A stretch of 64,000 nt of DNA, taken from the NCBI GenBank assembly GCA_951804945.1, contig OX638158.1:42904001-42968000 (forward strand). The letters run 5' to 3'. Source of the DNA: Podarcis cretensis. Its lineage: Eukaryota. Positions within the stretch are counted from its first letter, which is position 1; every line of letters starts with the position of its first letter. Below, one piece after another: positions 25,346-38,447 of the stretch. Below the pieces are notes generated by a model. It did no database searches. It was not told the origin of the DNA and was given only the letters and a program-made list of their open reading frames with translations. Both the position numbers and the translations under genes were made by a program.

Positions 25346-26189
25346 TCTCATGGTTGGGGTGTGGGGATTTTGTCATACTTTTCTTATTTCTGAAGCATGT
25401 TTGTGAGGGTCCCTTTTGCATTCTGTAAATCATCTCACTTCTTTATTGTCCCTGAAGGCCCACAGTTCAGTCAAGTCCCAGAAGACGACAACATCATGCA
25501 GGAACACCCCACACAAGGCTTTTGCAGAACAGGAAGTGCAGGCAGCCCTGAAGGCTAGAGAATGCTGGAGACATGTTTACTGGGGCTGTGGGGGGGGTGT
25601 CAAACAGATGCCCCAATTCCCAGTTGTCTTGCAACATTAAGTTCAAAACCCCACACCCACCAAAATTCTAAAGAAATTATCAAATGCCAGAAGAATGGGT
25701 AAGAAAAATGGAATCCTCTGTCACAGGGAAAGAAAACCTTTGAGAAAATGGAGGAAAGATTTTGGCATCATCTATATATGTGAGAATGATGGAATAATGA
25801 CTCAAATGCCCTGCCGAATGAGCAAGAGACGTCCCACAAAACATCAACTACAAGTGTAATACACTTAACCTTTAGGCCTCTCTATAATATTTTAGTAGTT
25901 TAATAGCCCTTATCATAAAAGACAGTTAATTATTTGAGTAGGAATGGATTAAATAGGGCAATGGCTGGTAAAGTCAGGTGAGGATAGCAGTAAGAGGTTG
26001 CTGGCAGCTGGTGGTGACTGAGGGGGCCTTGTGCCCTTTCTGATAAGAAAACGTGCTGGCATAAATAACACCATACAAGTACATGAGAGCTGCCGTCATC
26101 ATAGGTTCATGCTGAGCATTTGAGGCTATTGAAAAGCACTCTGTACAGAAAAATATTTTGTATAAAATTAAAAATGCCAATCTTTTTAC

Positions 26190-26213
26190 CTCTGAATGTG
26201 CCTTTTCTTCAGC
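26190..26213 (-). CDS. NAV3: NAV3 microexon (24 nt): AEEKAHSE
   Basis: Acceptor tttcccatag|GCT, donor GAG|gtaaaa; phase 0 to 0. Matches the expected NAV3 peptide between ..SLYST and QIHKL.. Confidence 0.9.
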
Positions 26214-27513
26214 CTATGGGAAAGAGTGAAAGCAAGAGCAGTTTATTTATGGAAACATACAACTGAATTCTATTTAAGAAAATCAAAATAATAGATTTTG
26301 ACTCAGATAAAAACAAGTTCTCAAATATAATTGCAAAAGAAATAGTGTAAGAATGAAGAAAGCAAGATCATAAGCAGATTTATGGATGCAACTTTGTCTG
26401 CAAATGAAGTTACTACTAGTGTTTTAGGACACAACCTTATACACCTTTACCTGGGAGCAAGTTCTATCAAACATAACAGGATTGACTTCTGAGAAGATAC
26501 TTTAAGTCCTGCTGACTCTGTCTAATACGTGAAAGATTTCTTAAAAATTTGTTCATTATCCTGTGCTAGGATTTGAACTGAATGGGCTATTGAAGGACTA
26601 TATAGAAATTTCAAAAATAAAAATAATAGAGAATAAGGTGGTTCTTAGAAGCATCATCAAACAAAGACTCCTAAAATTTTGGTATAGAAATGTGGATAGT
26701 TCCATGATACTGCCAAGGAATTACCCACATTTCCACATGACCCCAGTTTACAGACTCAAAAGGCCTCTTCCTTTGAAGCATAACACTTGGAATAAAATCA
26801 AAGGTAAAACAAGAAATTTTACACAAGTCTGCATTAATCAGACACAGCTGTGATATAATGAGAGCAAAGAGACTGACAGTCCATTCAATGCATCTTTTGC
26901 ATCAAAAGTAACACAGCATTTTGTACCTCTTATCCCGGTAGTATGACCAGAGGCACAGAAAATCATATAAAAACTTATTTGTGGGCACCATGACATAGTA
27001 GTGGGGAGACTTCTATTTAAAAAAGATGGAACAGCTACTTTTAACTCAAACTGTAGATATGAAAGAAGGCATGGAGCAGTGTATAATATCACAGAAGAAT
27101 GAAATTTTGTCCTTTATGGTCTTCTTGCCTATCACTGAAATCAAATGCTTGATATTTCCACTGAAGTACCATTTCCTGATTAGGGGCTTCACAATCATAT
27201 GAGTTTTATCCCTAGGAGCCTATGAGAACAAAGAGGGGAAACGCTGAACAGGGATTATGTCCTTCAACTACAATTCACACTACTGATTTTATAGTCCAAA
27301 AGCATCCCTTGACCTTAACTAAAAGGTTTTCAGCTCCCATTATCACAGCTAGATACTCAAACGCTGAACAAGAAGTGATGCCGAATGGTGAGAAAGGGAG
27401 AAGGGGTCAAGCAACAGAAATCTTAGAATGATCATTCTTATCGGCTGATGTGGTGTGTGGTTAAGTGTATGATTCATAAACACGTGTCCTAAAAGGTAAT
27501 GGTTACCTGACTG

Positions 27514-27543
27514 TGCAATTCAAGCAGGGCAGCAAGTGGCGAC
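27514..27543 (+). promoter_or_regulatory. Candidate CTCF site with upstream module
   Basis: TGCAATTC followed by a GCAGCAAGTGGCGAC core. Imperfect motif match only. Confidence 0.3.
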
Positions 27544-27890
27544 TGTCGCCTGGCATGGCCATGGCCGAGCCAGAGGCAGTCTCCTGGTTCCTGTGTGGTT
27601 GGTGGAATTCATCACTTCTTCCTTCACTGGCCATGCGAGCTGCTGCACCTAGCTTCACCACATAATTTATTGTTGGATTTCCCAGCCTCCTTGCCTATGC
27701 AACATGTTTGCCCGGAAGTAAGCAGGCAGTCCATGCTTAAAACCTTGCTATGGAAGTATTTTGTCACTGTATTCAGAGAGGCCAGGGAGGAATTTGCCTG
27801 CAGACTAATTGGGCTTGTCTAGGAATTTTGCATGCCACATAGAAATTGTCACAACTTGTTGGCAGATAAGGCATTGGTTTGGATTCTTAG

Positions 27891-28643
27891 CAGTGGCGTA
27901 GCGTGGGGGGTGCAGGGGGGCCGGCCGCACCGGGTGCAACCTCTGGGGGGGGGCGCTCGCCGCCTCCGGAGTCACCTAAGAGCCTCGGGCGCAGGCTGTA
28001 GCAGAGCCCCATGTCTCGCGGAACCGACGAGCTGTGCGCGCGTCCAGGCTGAAGGTGTCCGGCAGGCAGCGGCTCTCAGCGCTCGCCGCGGAGGGCGTGC
28101 CAGGCAGCCCCTCCTCACAGCCCCGCCACCGCCGCTGCTGCTGCAGCTGCTGGACCATGTTGCATTTTCCTCGCCTCTCTGCCCTCCTCCTCCTCCGTGC
28201 AAGCGGCGTCGTTTGGGCGGCAGCGCCAGCGGCAACTCGCCTCAGATCACCTGACACGGACCCGCCGCCGCCGCCGTGGCTACCTTACCATAAATACCCC
28301 AGCCCAGGCAGCAGCAAGAAGAAGCTGGCAGCGGCGGCAGGTTAGGGGTTAGGGGCGCAAATTACTTGCTTTGCCCCGGGTTAGGGGGCACAAATTACTT
28401 GCCTTGCCCCGGGTTAGGGGACGCAAATTACCATATTTTTCGCTCTATAACACGCACCTGACCATAACACGCACGTAGTTTTTAGAGGAGGAAAATCCGT
28501 AGGCATGCCACCCATAGGCATTCCCTCCATAACACGCACAGACATTTCCCCTTACTTTTTAGGAGGAAAAAAGTGAGTGTTATGGTGCAAAAAATACGGT
28601 ACTTGCCTTGCCCCGGGTGCTGACAACCCACACTACGCCGCTG
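27891..28643. mobile_element. GC-rich non-autonomous hAT element with ~32-bp subterminal repeats
   Basis: TIRs CAGTGGCGTAG / CTACGCCGCTG; exact 8-bp TSD ATTCTTAG. Confidence 0.88.
28431..28599. mobile_element. Pogo/Tigger-like MITE nested in the hAT element
   Basis: Ends CCATATTTTT / AAAAATACGG; TA TSD; interrupts the third GGGTTAGGGG.CGCAAATTACTTGCCTTGCCCC repeat. Confidence 0.82.
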
Positions 28644-28745
28644 ATTCTTAGGACTCAGCTATACAGCTGCAAATAAAAAGTTTTGAGTGCAATACATAAT
28701 GTGGCACTAGATGGCAATGGTGAGCCTTATGGAAAATGCAATGTA

Positions 28746-28946
28746 CAGTGGTACCTCTTGTTACGTATCCTTCGGGATATGCACACGGAAAACCTGGAAG
28801 TTTATTTCCTGGTTTTGCCGTGCGCACATGCGCAGTAGTGCTCTATTGCGCTGCGTGTGTGTGCAGAACAGGCATCTCCAGTTGCGGAACTGGAGCTCCA
28901 GCTGGAGCTCCAGAATGGATCCCGTCCGCAACCGGAGGTACCACTG
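28746..28946. mobile_element. Tc1/mariner-type MITE
   Basis: TIRs CAGTGGTACCTC / GAGGTACCACTG; TA flanks. Confidence 0.85.
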
Positions 28947-30854
28947 TATTTTTAAAAACATTAAAATAAAAACATTTTCAGAACAGTTTTTATGTGTGTG
29001 TATATTCCACAGTGCGGAGGAGGCAGTGGGCAGGAGGAGGTTGGAAGCCCTCCTCACTTTAAGGAATTGGGATACGCTATTAAAGGGGTCCAGGGAGAGG
29101 TGCTTCTGTCCAGATACCCAGAGATGGGGGATGATGGGCCACAGCACCCCTCAATATGGCACTCTTGAAGGTAGCACCTTGTTTTCAGGTACGTCTTAAC
29201 CCAGGATTGCCCCTGCAAAATAATCATTCAGCAGGCAGACTGGATAATGGAGGATACATACCCAATGGCTATGCCAAAACCTACTGACACCTGTAATCAA
29301 TAAAGTTGTGGCCTATTTGATCCCATTAGGTTGTCCTGGGTTTATTATATCTTCCTGCTGTGGCTCCCTCCAATGGTCATGGGCTGACTGAACCTGGGGC
29401 TATAGTCTAAATTGCTAATGCAAATATATTTGCAAGCATAGAAATGTTTCAAAAATATAGACAGATAAAAAAAAATACAGACTAATCCAATGAATCTTGA
29501 AGTTCATACACAACAATTTGTGTTTTACACCTACCAGTTCAGAGGAGTTAGCATTTGGCATTCGATCATAAGCAAGTTCAGGTGGCAAGAACATTATTCT
29601 GTGCCCTTAAAAATCTGAATTCTTAAGCATATAAACTCAAATGTGCCAAATATGCTCTATGCATTATGCAAATTAAAACTGGATTTTATATCTCCCTTCC
29701 CCAAGTCGTCCATTTTTGGAACATTGCTCAGTTCTTCAAAAACAGCTGCAGTTAATGTAAGTTGAGATAATATGCAAATTATGAGTGTTAGGCACTAAAA
29801 TTAAATATGCAATATACAAATGTTCATAAGTACATATATGACTTTAATCTGCAAGCTTTGTTACAAATTTTTAAAATAGAGTGTGGTATTTTAATGGATA
29901 GAGGAGGTTGTTGGAAAGATCTGTTTGGTGGCATGAGAACATTCATGGGCAAGTTATCATAACCAAAGCAACCTCAACATAGAGAATATAATTCAATCCA
30001 TGATTCATCATGAACTTCATGAACAATTGTTTCCAAACATCTCTGTACCTTAAGGAGGCAGCAGCCATGCTTTCAACAAAAACTGTATCCAAAGTATCAC
30101 ACAAGTAGCTTTGCTTTCCAAAGGAGGGTTTAGGTCATGCATTTCTTGAACAGCAGTATACCTCACAGTGTGCTGCAAAATGTATGATAAGCTTGCTCTA
30201 TGTTCAATAACTTATCAAAACTCTAGCTGGGCCAGTAGGTTTTCAAACTTAAGTACCCTGTATTACATTAAATAAATTGAGTATTTCCTTCTCTCTCTCT
30301 CTCTTTAGCCAGAAGTTGACTTTGTTTCCTAAATTCAACATAAAAATAATAAATTTCCACTGTCTGAAAGTTCAAGTATGTCTAATAATTAAAGTCACCT
30401 ACTGTCTGGTTCCATAAAAATCATCTTAAGTCAGAATCCAAAACTACAACCTCAAAGCAATGCTGTAATTTCAGAATAATCTTTCTCACCTCAGCAGGTC
30501 CCTACCAAAGCAATCCACCAAGTGCTATCGGCTCTTTTAATGTGCTCAAAAATGGTGGTGGGACAAGGTGGAATGGCTAAGCATGAGGGCACTGAGCAGT
30601 ACACAACAACAATTGGCACTGGCAGATTTTGTACAATTCTGCTTTCAAAGGGAAAACACAAAAGATGTTACAGATGATGAAATTTAATGCAAGGAGGCAG
30701 TTGTGCATTGTACTTTGAAAAGTATAAAGAAAATGTTAAAGTCAAACAGCAGTGGGAGATTTTCATTGCCCTACCAATGTCTTAGCAATCCCCCTGGCTT
30801 TCCATGGTATGCACGATATCATGAGGTACAGTCTTTTATATATTGTCAACTTAC

Positions 30855-30907
30855 TGTGGAGTAGAGAGAAGAGGTACTGGAAACTAGGGATAACGAAGAC
30901 CCGTGTA
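30855..30907 (-). CDS. NAV3: NAV3 coding exon (53 nt): (V)HGSSLSLVSSTSSLYST
   Basis: Acceptor ctttttag|TA CAC, donor ACA|gtaagt; phase 1 to 0. Hand-translated. Confidence 0.93.
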
Positions 30908-31060
30908 CTAAAAAGAGAAACATCAAGAGCATTATCACAAAGATATTGATGAATTAACAGGAGATATTTCCCGTCACGAGCAACAACAGAACATCTCTTT
31001 TCAATTAGGAACAACTGAAAAGGGAAAAAAAGAAAGCTATTATTGAGGTTATCCATTTAG

Positions 31061-31062
<2 letters not shown>

Positions 31063-31097
<35 letters not shown>
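31063..31097. repeat. (CA)n microsatellite
   Basis: Seen directly. Confidence 0.95.
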
Positions 31098-31098
<1 letters not shown>

Positions 31099-32867
31099 CG
31101 GTTGTCCCTATAACACCTAGAATGGTTTTTGTCCACTGAAAAACACTTGCCTTTGGATTGTAATAGTCCACTGCCTTTTTGGTAGCAAACAACAATTATG
31201 CTACCCTTCTTTGATAGTAAAATGTCATCTGAACATCACCTTTTGGCAAAGAAAAGGATGACTTCTAAGCTGTGATTTAGAATGAAAGTACATCTTGGTC
31301 TGTCTGTGTAACTGTGTGTGTGTTTGTGTGTGCATATCCTTCACACAACTACCAACTGATTGGATGACTCAAAAAGCAAATACAGTAATAGAGGGCTCAA
31401 TCCAGATTAGGGCTATGATTTGGGAGTTGGGGTTAGGATAATTTAATCCTAACTTAAAATTCTCTAAATATTTATTTGTGTAAGATAATGGGGAAGATTT
31501 AGAATGTCTGAATGGGGCTAACCTATTTTCACTGTTAAAAGCTGAATTTCCAATAAATATTATTGGAACTACAGAACTGTTACTTTTATTATGATTTAAC
31601 ACTTACGTAGCACTTTAGATAGATATTAGTAGCTAACGTATCCTAGTTATGATCTACCCTAAAGCCAGCCAGTAATCTTTAACGGAACAGCATAGATGTG
31701 AATTTGATATCCATACTGAAATGCTCTACCTGCTATCACTCAGGCAGAATTATAACACCACATTGCTTGGCACTCCCCAGAAAAACCGTAATAGAGATAT
31801 GCTGGGCCAACGCTAACATTGCCATATTTCTCCGTCAAGAAAAATGCAAAACATCATTCCTTTTTTCAGATCGGTAGAGATCTATTCATCCCCACAGTTC
31901 AGTCACACCTGTTCCACAATATCCTTTACTTTTCCAATGCTGATATCCTTAGCTGAGGATGTCTAGCCAAGGCCTGCTTAAGCTTGTTGGAACAATGCAT
32001 GGTATAAAGTCAGCAAATGCCAGAAGAAGAAAAAAAGGGATCTGCAAAGCCTGGGCTGCTGCCAGCTCTAGACAGAAAAATAGCTAGACAGATAGTGCTT
32101 GTGAACTGGAGGTGGGGGAAAAACACTGACTTTTTGTGTAGTGAGGCAGTGTGGGAGAGCTTAACTAGGCACGTAGCCAGCAACTCTTGAGAAAAGTGGG
32201 GAAAGTGAAAATCAGGCTGATGAAAGCAAAAGCCTGGGAGAGCTTCAACAGCTTAGCAGCCCGGGTGGCATGGATCATCATCCCTGGCAGAAAGATAAAC
32301 AGCTGTGAATTATTGTCCCAGCAGAGATCTGAATAGGTAAAGCATATGGGAGGTTTTTAGAGCTTGACAAAAAGAGTCTGCATGAATACTCATTTGAGTA
32401 CAGATAAGCCTAAATATATGTAAGAATGCTATATTATGTTGTATTAATTATAGTATATGGCAGCTGCCTTCGTTTTTAACAAAGTTCTGCATATTGAAGA
32501 ACTGCAATTGCCTAAATATTAAAGAGGAGTTGTTAGCACATCTGCCTCACCGACAACTAGTTTCTGAGTGTATTCATATTGTAGTGGTACCACAGGGCTA
32601 CGTGGCAGGGTTTACTGCTTATCTGCACCTAAACATGTACATGCGTATTCAAACACAATTCACCTTTATCATATTTGTAGCCCTCTCTTATCTTACTTTA
32701 ACCCCTGACTGACCCTATAAAGTTCAAAGCTGAGGAACTATGTCTGGTCCAAGTGACCTGAGCAGGAATTTGAATTCAGATCTTTGCAGTCAAACAAATT
32801 TCCCTATATTTATATGCAATGTCCCAAAATGGACTGCTCAAAGCGAGCCTGCTCACAATCTATGAGG

Positions 32868-32974
32868 GAAGCTTTTAATGTTTGATGTATTAAAGTATTT
32901 TAATATTTTTTTGGAAGCCGCCCAGAGTGGCTGGGGAAGCCCAGCCAGATGGGCGGGGTATAAATAATAAATAA

Positions 32975-33015
<41 letters not shown>
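32868..33015 (+). mobile_element. L2-like LINE 3' end with (ATT)n tail
   Basis: GGAAGCCGCCCAGAGTGGCTGGGG..GATGGGCGGGGTATAAAT resembles the recalled lizard L2 3' terminus. A decayed reverse copy is at about 38277-38380. Confidence 0.65.
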
Positions 33016-33016
<1 letters not shown>

Positions 33017-33665
33017 TGGGCTAACAAACCAGGATGTGAAACCACAGTTTGAAGCTGATTTGCAAATTATAATTTATGCTTACTGTGGTTTGCTGTTATG
33101 CCTGTGTGAAGTAATAAGTCTTTCAGCCTGTTTGTAAAATTGCTGCTTTTGCCTTTAAACATTTTTGTGCATAGGATGACGAGAAGTTCACAGGAAGATT
33201 TAAAGTACAAGGGGCTGCTTTGTTCACAGGAGAGTCAAAAGTTTAAGAGATGTTTTGCCCAGTAAGCTTTGCACTGACGGATAAAATATTTATTCTAGGA
33301 AATTGACAATTAAGGGAAAAGGAAACTCAAGACTCTTTCTCCTGATTAGCTAAAAGGTTTGGAAGGGAAGAATGTATAGAAGTCAAGCTAGAAAACATGG
33401 TACTGTTATTTAGTTTTGGATTAAAGTTGCGAAGTCAGAATTGAAGAGGGTTAAAGAGTTGCAAAAGAGAAAATGGGGTGGAACACTGAACAGTGTTGGT
33501 TTGCTCAGTTGGGGGCTGCAAGACGAAGAAACCAGCAGAGGGCCATGAAGAGACCCAAAAGGATGCAATTTGGCAAGTGTTGGCTTGATTACAAAAATAG
33601 AATAGGTATAGCTGGATGCATTTATTTCCATTTATCTTTGAACAGTGAAATCAATCTGTAAAATA

Positions 33666-33971
33666 TGGAAGAACTTTAAAATATATCTTAAAAATAATTG
33701 CAAAATTGAGGAATGTTAGGATGTCAGGGGGTAAGAAGTAAAGAATTGCAGCAGTAAACAAAAAAAACTTAAGAAATTTTTATGAAAGGGAATTAAGATA
33801 ATGGACTCAAGGGTTGCTAAAGAATTATTAAACAAGGATGCAGGGATGGGGAGGTATGGGGAAGTCAAAGAAAGAAGGGTAAGAACCGATGAGTATGATG
33901 TGATACTGTTTTACATTGTTCTTTATTATATGTGTGGAAATTAATAAAAATTATTATAAAAAAAAAAAAAA
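33666..33971 (+). mobile_element. 5'-truncated L1-type 3' end
   Basis: 19-bp TSD GAAATCAATCTGTAAAATA (33647-33665 and 33972-33990); AATAAA plus poly(A); begins with an ORF2-like tail WKNFKIYLKNNCKIEEC*. Confidence 0.85.
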
Positions 33972-34119
33972 GAAATCAATCTGTAAAATAAACCTGTTGT
34001 ACACCTGAAGCTGAAACTATGGTGTGGCTTCTTAACTCTAGTTAACTCTATGGCACAAAGCATAGTTTCATGCTACATCAAAAGGCAGCCTCTGTTATAT
34101 ATACCACACATAGCCTTAC

Positions 34120-34308
34120 CTTCTTCCATGCTGTCTCTGAATGACCCAGAATGACTGATTGCACGTGGTCTATCTTCCAAGGATGTGGCACTGCCACACA
34201 ACTGGGAATCATCATAAAGATCGAAAGAAGAATCTTGTGCAGGTATGCTGTTAGACCGCATCATACTGGGCCCAGGGAGTTTGAATTGGGATAAGTTTGT
34301 TGGACTCA
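34120..34308 (-). CDS. NAV3: NAV3 coding exon (189 nt): (V)SPTNLSQFKLPGPSMMRSNSIPAQDSSFDLYDD...SHSGSFRDSMEE
   Basis: Acceptor tttcag|TG, donor GAA G|gtaagg; phase 1 to 1. Confidence 0.95.
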
Positions 34309-34637
34309 CTGAAATAATAATAATAATAATACCATAAGTTTTGATTACATATTACTGTACTGCAGGGGGGAAGAAAGCTCTGTCAAATAACATTTGTGCT
34401 TTTATTTTTTTGATGAATTAGGAACACTTTTACAGTGGTTTCTCATAAGCATGTTTGGCTTATTTTTGTCTGAAGCTCCTCCCTACCGAGTTAAAACAGA
34501 TCCCATAGAAAAAGGCTTTTGCTTTCAATAATTCCAAATTTATTTACAATTATAATATGGTATTTCCTAAGTCTGTAGTATGGAGATATTTTTGCCAAGA
34601 TTACCAGTATCTGCTCAAACAACTTTTTCCTCCTGCT

Positions 34638-34640
<3 letters not shown>

Positions 34641-34676
<36 letters not shown>
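34641..34676. repeat. (CA)n microsatellite
   Basis: Seen directly. Confidence 0.95.
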
Positions 34677-34677
<1 letters not shown>

Positions 34678-35630
34678 AATCCTCATATTAAATGGGAACT
34701 TTCATATGTGTGGGCTTTATCGAAAAGAGAAGTAACAGACCCCCCCTCTTGGTTCAAATGCTGCTCTCACGGTTTGGAAAGCTGTTTTTCAACAAGCTTA
34801 AAGGGAACATTTTTGACCCATCTAGCTGGTGTGGAACTAGGGCCAAGGAAAACAGCATTTATCTGCCCCTTCAGACATTAGGGTCAAATATTTTGAACTA
34901 ATGGCGTACAGCAAGATGTTTCCAGCATTGCTGGCTGTGTCTAAAATAAAAATGTCTGGAGCAGTATTTTTCTGAGAGTCTTTTAACACACTGGGAAAAT
35001 GGCCCACAGAGAAAAGAAATGCTAGAGGGGTGGAAGAAAGCTTTTTCAATAAGCCATTGCACTGGGTCACCACACTGGAGGAAAACTAAACCACAGAAAC
35101 ACACAGATTTGTTTCTACCAAAGGGAAAAACTGTTACTATGTCTAGGTTTAACCTTGTCTACACTTGCAGTCTAAGCATTGACACACAATTATACTGAAA
35201 TAAATGGAACTTACTTCTGAGTAAATGAGATTTGGAACTTAAAAACGCTCATCAAAATACAGGAGAAGAATGCACTTTTAATTATTTTCTTTGACAGGTG
35301 TTTTTTTCAGCCCAACAGTCAAAGTTGGCCCATTGGGGGGTTGGTACAGATAAGGATCTGTTCACTGGGCTCAAAAAATAAACAATTAATTCTCCACCCC
35401 TACTTTAGATGCTGAGGTTCCAAGCTGTGCAGGACGTTAACCAGTACTTGGAACTGATCCCCAGAATGGACTGGGAGGCAAGGAATATGTTCAGATATGG
35501 TAAGAGCAGGAAAAAATGCATGCTTAATTTTAGATAGCTGAAGTTATGCATTCTAAAAGAGTGAGGGAGAGCTTAAGATGTATAAAGGCAGCTCAGTAAT
35601 GGAGCACTGCAAGCAGTTTCTTTTTCTTAC

Positions 35631-35788
35631 CTAAGTTGGAAAAGTATTTCCCAGTTGCAGATGAAGACATGGCTGTAGGAGATACCAAAGGAGACTGACT
35701 TCCAGTGTCTTGCAGCCCTCCAGTAGAGTGAGAACGCAGCCACTCTTTCCCTTCCTCCTGACTGGCCTGCCGAGAGGATGGTGTATAC
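35631..35788 (-). CDS. NAV3: NAV3 coding exon (158 nt): YTPSSRQASQEEGKEWLRSHSTGGLQDTGSQSPLVSPTAMSSSATGKYFSNL
   Basis: Acceptor tttcag|G TAT, donor TTA G|gtaaga; phase 2 to 1. Confidence 0.95.
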
Positions 35789-37845
35789 CTGAAAGACATC
35801 ACCACTGATACACTGAAAAATTCCACATGAACTGCACTTAGCAAGAGATTTGTGACTTGGAATCAAGCAATAATCATACAGTTGGTTTAGTCAATGCTGA
35901 ACAGGAGACTTGGGGTCATGTCACCCAAGAAACAGACGGACAAACAATCAGCAATACATATTGGCATGTGATGGGAAGACATACAAAGGAAACAGCTAAG
36001 CCTTATTATAATTTTTTTTAAAAAAAGAACAACAACAACAACTCTAACACATAAAAAAAAGATAAAGCAAAAACTTAATTTCAAGCATATCAACAAGGTT
36101 GGAAAATGAGAGCTTAGTAGTGAGGAGAGACGGGTGTCCAGTTCCTACATTATACAAGCTACAGAAGCATAGTATACAGGTAGGCTGAAAGTAGAAGAAA
36201 ACTGAAGAGCAGCTGTGAAAGAAATGCATTTTTGTTAGTGACATCTGAAGGGACAAAATACAGTGTTTGTCTCTCAGAAGGGTCGATCCTTGATGCTATG
36301 CCCTACCCCCAAATTGATAAGATTTAAGGGATTTGGGTGGGGAAAATACTCACTTTTAAAGAAATGCGTTTGCAGAAAGAAAAAACTTTGGAAACCCAAC
36401 CTCTCACAAACTTTTGGGTGCTGCTGCCAAATACAAAAAATGTAACTGCACCAGCAGCACACACACTGCAGCCCACTGGCCAAACTTTGCGGCAGGGACT
36501 GAGAAAAGCAAATTCTTGAATGGATTAACATGGCAAGTTAGCCTGTGCAGGCATTTCAGATAGTTCGGATTTCAATTCAAGAGTGTGCACTTTCTTTGTC
36601 ATTGTACAAGCAGGCTTCGTTCAGCCAAATTTCTTGCAAACCTATATATTACTGTACGTAGTTCCAGTGGGATCAAAAACGTCACCCCCACCCCCATCCG
36701 GACAAGCCTATCATTGTTGGCTGTTGCAGTTCCTCCTCCTGGAGTGCACTGGGAGCTTTCTGCTGTTGCCACAATGAGAGTCCTACATTTGTACAAACAG
36801 GACTGCATTGCTAGGCTGCAAAACTTTGGTGAAACTCTTAGAACAATGCCTGAAACGGGCACAAGGGGTGGGGTTCCCACATTAACTTCAGGATTGCATG
36901 CCACTATATTTCAGAAAGCCTCCAGAAAGCCTTCATATGGGAAATGGTTGTTCGGATTTATTTTCCCTCCCTGGCTCTTATGGTAATGTCTCAGATTCTA
37001 CAGGATGGCGTGCAAGGAAGAGAACTGCTGACTGAATAAACACCATCTACATTTGATTCCAGGAGACACATTAAAATGCTCTGCCATCTGCAGTGTAGTC
37101 AAGATTACTACCCAGTGCATTCTTTTTGATGAGCAGACAGGTTCTTCAGATTTTTCCTTTTCAAAGCCCCTGGCGGACACAAATTGAGGGTTGGCACCCC
37201 AATGTGCTACAACTCAAGTGCAACAGAAGAAGTCATATATTGTTCCTGCGTAGAAAATACCAACGGTGACAACTCCAGACGCTTAACCAATGGTCCTAGC
37301 CTTCTGAGTGTGTGATTAAAGCTGGAAGCAAAGGAAGCTTGCTGCAGTTCATTGATTGACATGTTTTTTTCTGGGGGGGAAATATGATTACTCTGATCTG
37401 AATAAGTGGGAAAGTTTTAGAGGAATTAATTCCTATTGGACAGAGGGCAAGGAACAAGTCAAGGAGGCAGGGGGGGAAACAACAGAGTTGCTGAACTTAT
37501 GTTTGAGCTAATTTGGGAATTCCAAATTTGAAGGTTGCACTGAAACATCTGGTTTATTTTGAGGGAATAATTTCTAAACAGAGGTAGAAGAGAGGTTTTT
37601 AAAAAATGTTATTTCACACTTGTTGAGGGCACTACCTGCACACTATTTCAACATTTCACATACTGCCAGAGTGAAAGTGAAAGAACGTTAAAAAGGGGGG
37701 GGGGTTCTTATTGTAAATTGATTTCATATTAGTTGTTTAACAGGAGAAACAGGATACACAGTGACAAGAAAAGGATGAAATATTATAGGAAAAAGTTACG
37801 GAACAACAGAGAAACAGCAGCCATGCTGAATAAAACATCGTATAC

Positions 37846-37887
37846 CTTAATCCCTTTTTGGGTAGTGTATTTCTGTCAAGTTGCATG
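37846..37887 (-). CDS. NAV3: NAV3 short symmetric exon (42 nt): MQLDRNTLPKKGL(R)
   Basis: Acceptor tttaacag|C ATG, donor AG|gtatac; phase 2 to 2. DRNTLPKKGLR is a NAV-family motif. Confidence 0.92.
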
Positions 37888-38276
37888 CTGTTAAAACAAA
37901 GAAAACCCCTAAGGACATACAGTAAAAAGAGCACTTCAAAATTATAAATTCTAAAGTGTTGTATCACAAAAAAGGCATTCAGAGTTATTTAAATGTATTC
38001 TTTGAAAGGTACCTTTTATGCAACACTCAAAATCATCAGTGCAAGTAATATATTGCTATTTTTTTTCCTCAAAAGGAAAAAAAATGCCATACTTTTGTAA
38101 AGAAAATACATATTGATTTGAGAATTAGCTTAATCTTATTCCCATTCCAGCCTTAGTTATTATGGAATTTGAGCATAAGAGTCCTAGGAAGGATCATGTG
38201 GGCAACAAGGTCAGGAGATTTATTGGGTTTCAGTTTGGTTGTCTTCCATAAAGTGAAGTCTAGCATCACCAGGGAA

Positions 38277-38325
<49 letters not shown>

Positions 38326-38447
38326 AACTTATATTCAGCCCACCCAACTGGGTTACCCCAGTCATTCTGGGCAGGTTTTCAAAGGTTAAGTGAAAAACTC
38401 ATTTCACAAGAACAACTGGGGAACATATTGTGCCTGGTTCAAGTACA

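Noticed and set aside
27832-28345. Overlapping GC-rich ORFs suggesting a CpG-island gene
   Set aside because: Essentially confined to a TIR/TSD-bounded hAT element.
28340-28420. GGTTAGGGG motifs resembling interstitial telomere
   Set aside because: They are part of the 32-bp subterminal repeat of the hAT element, not (TTAGGG)n.
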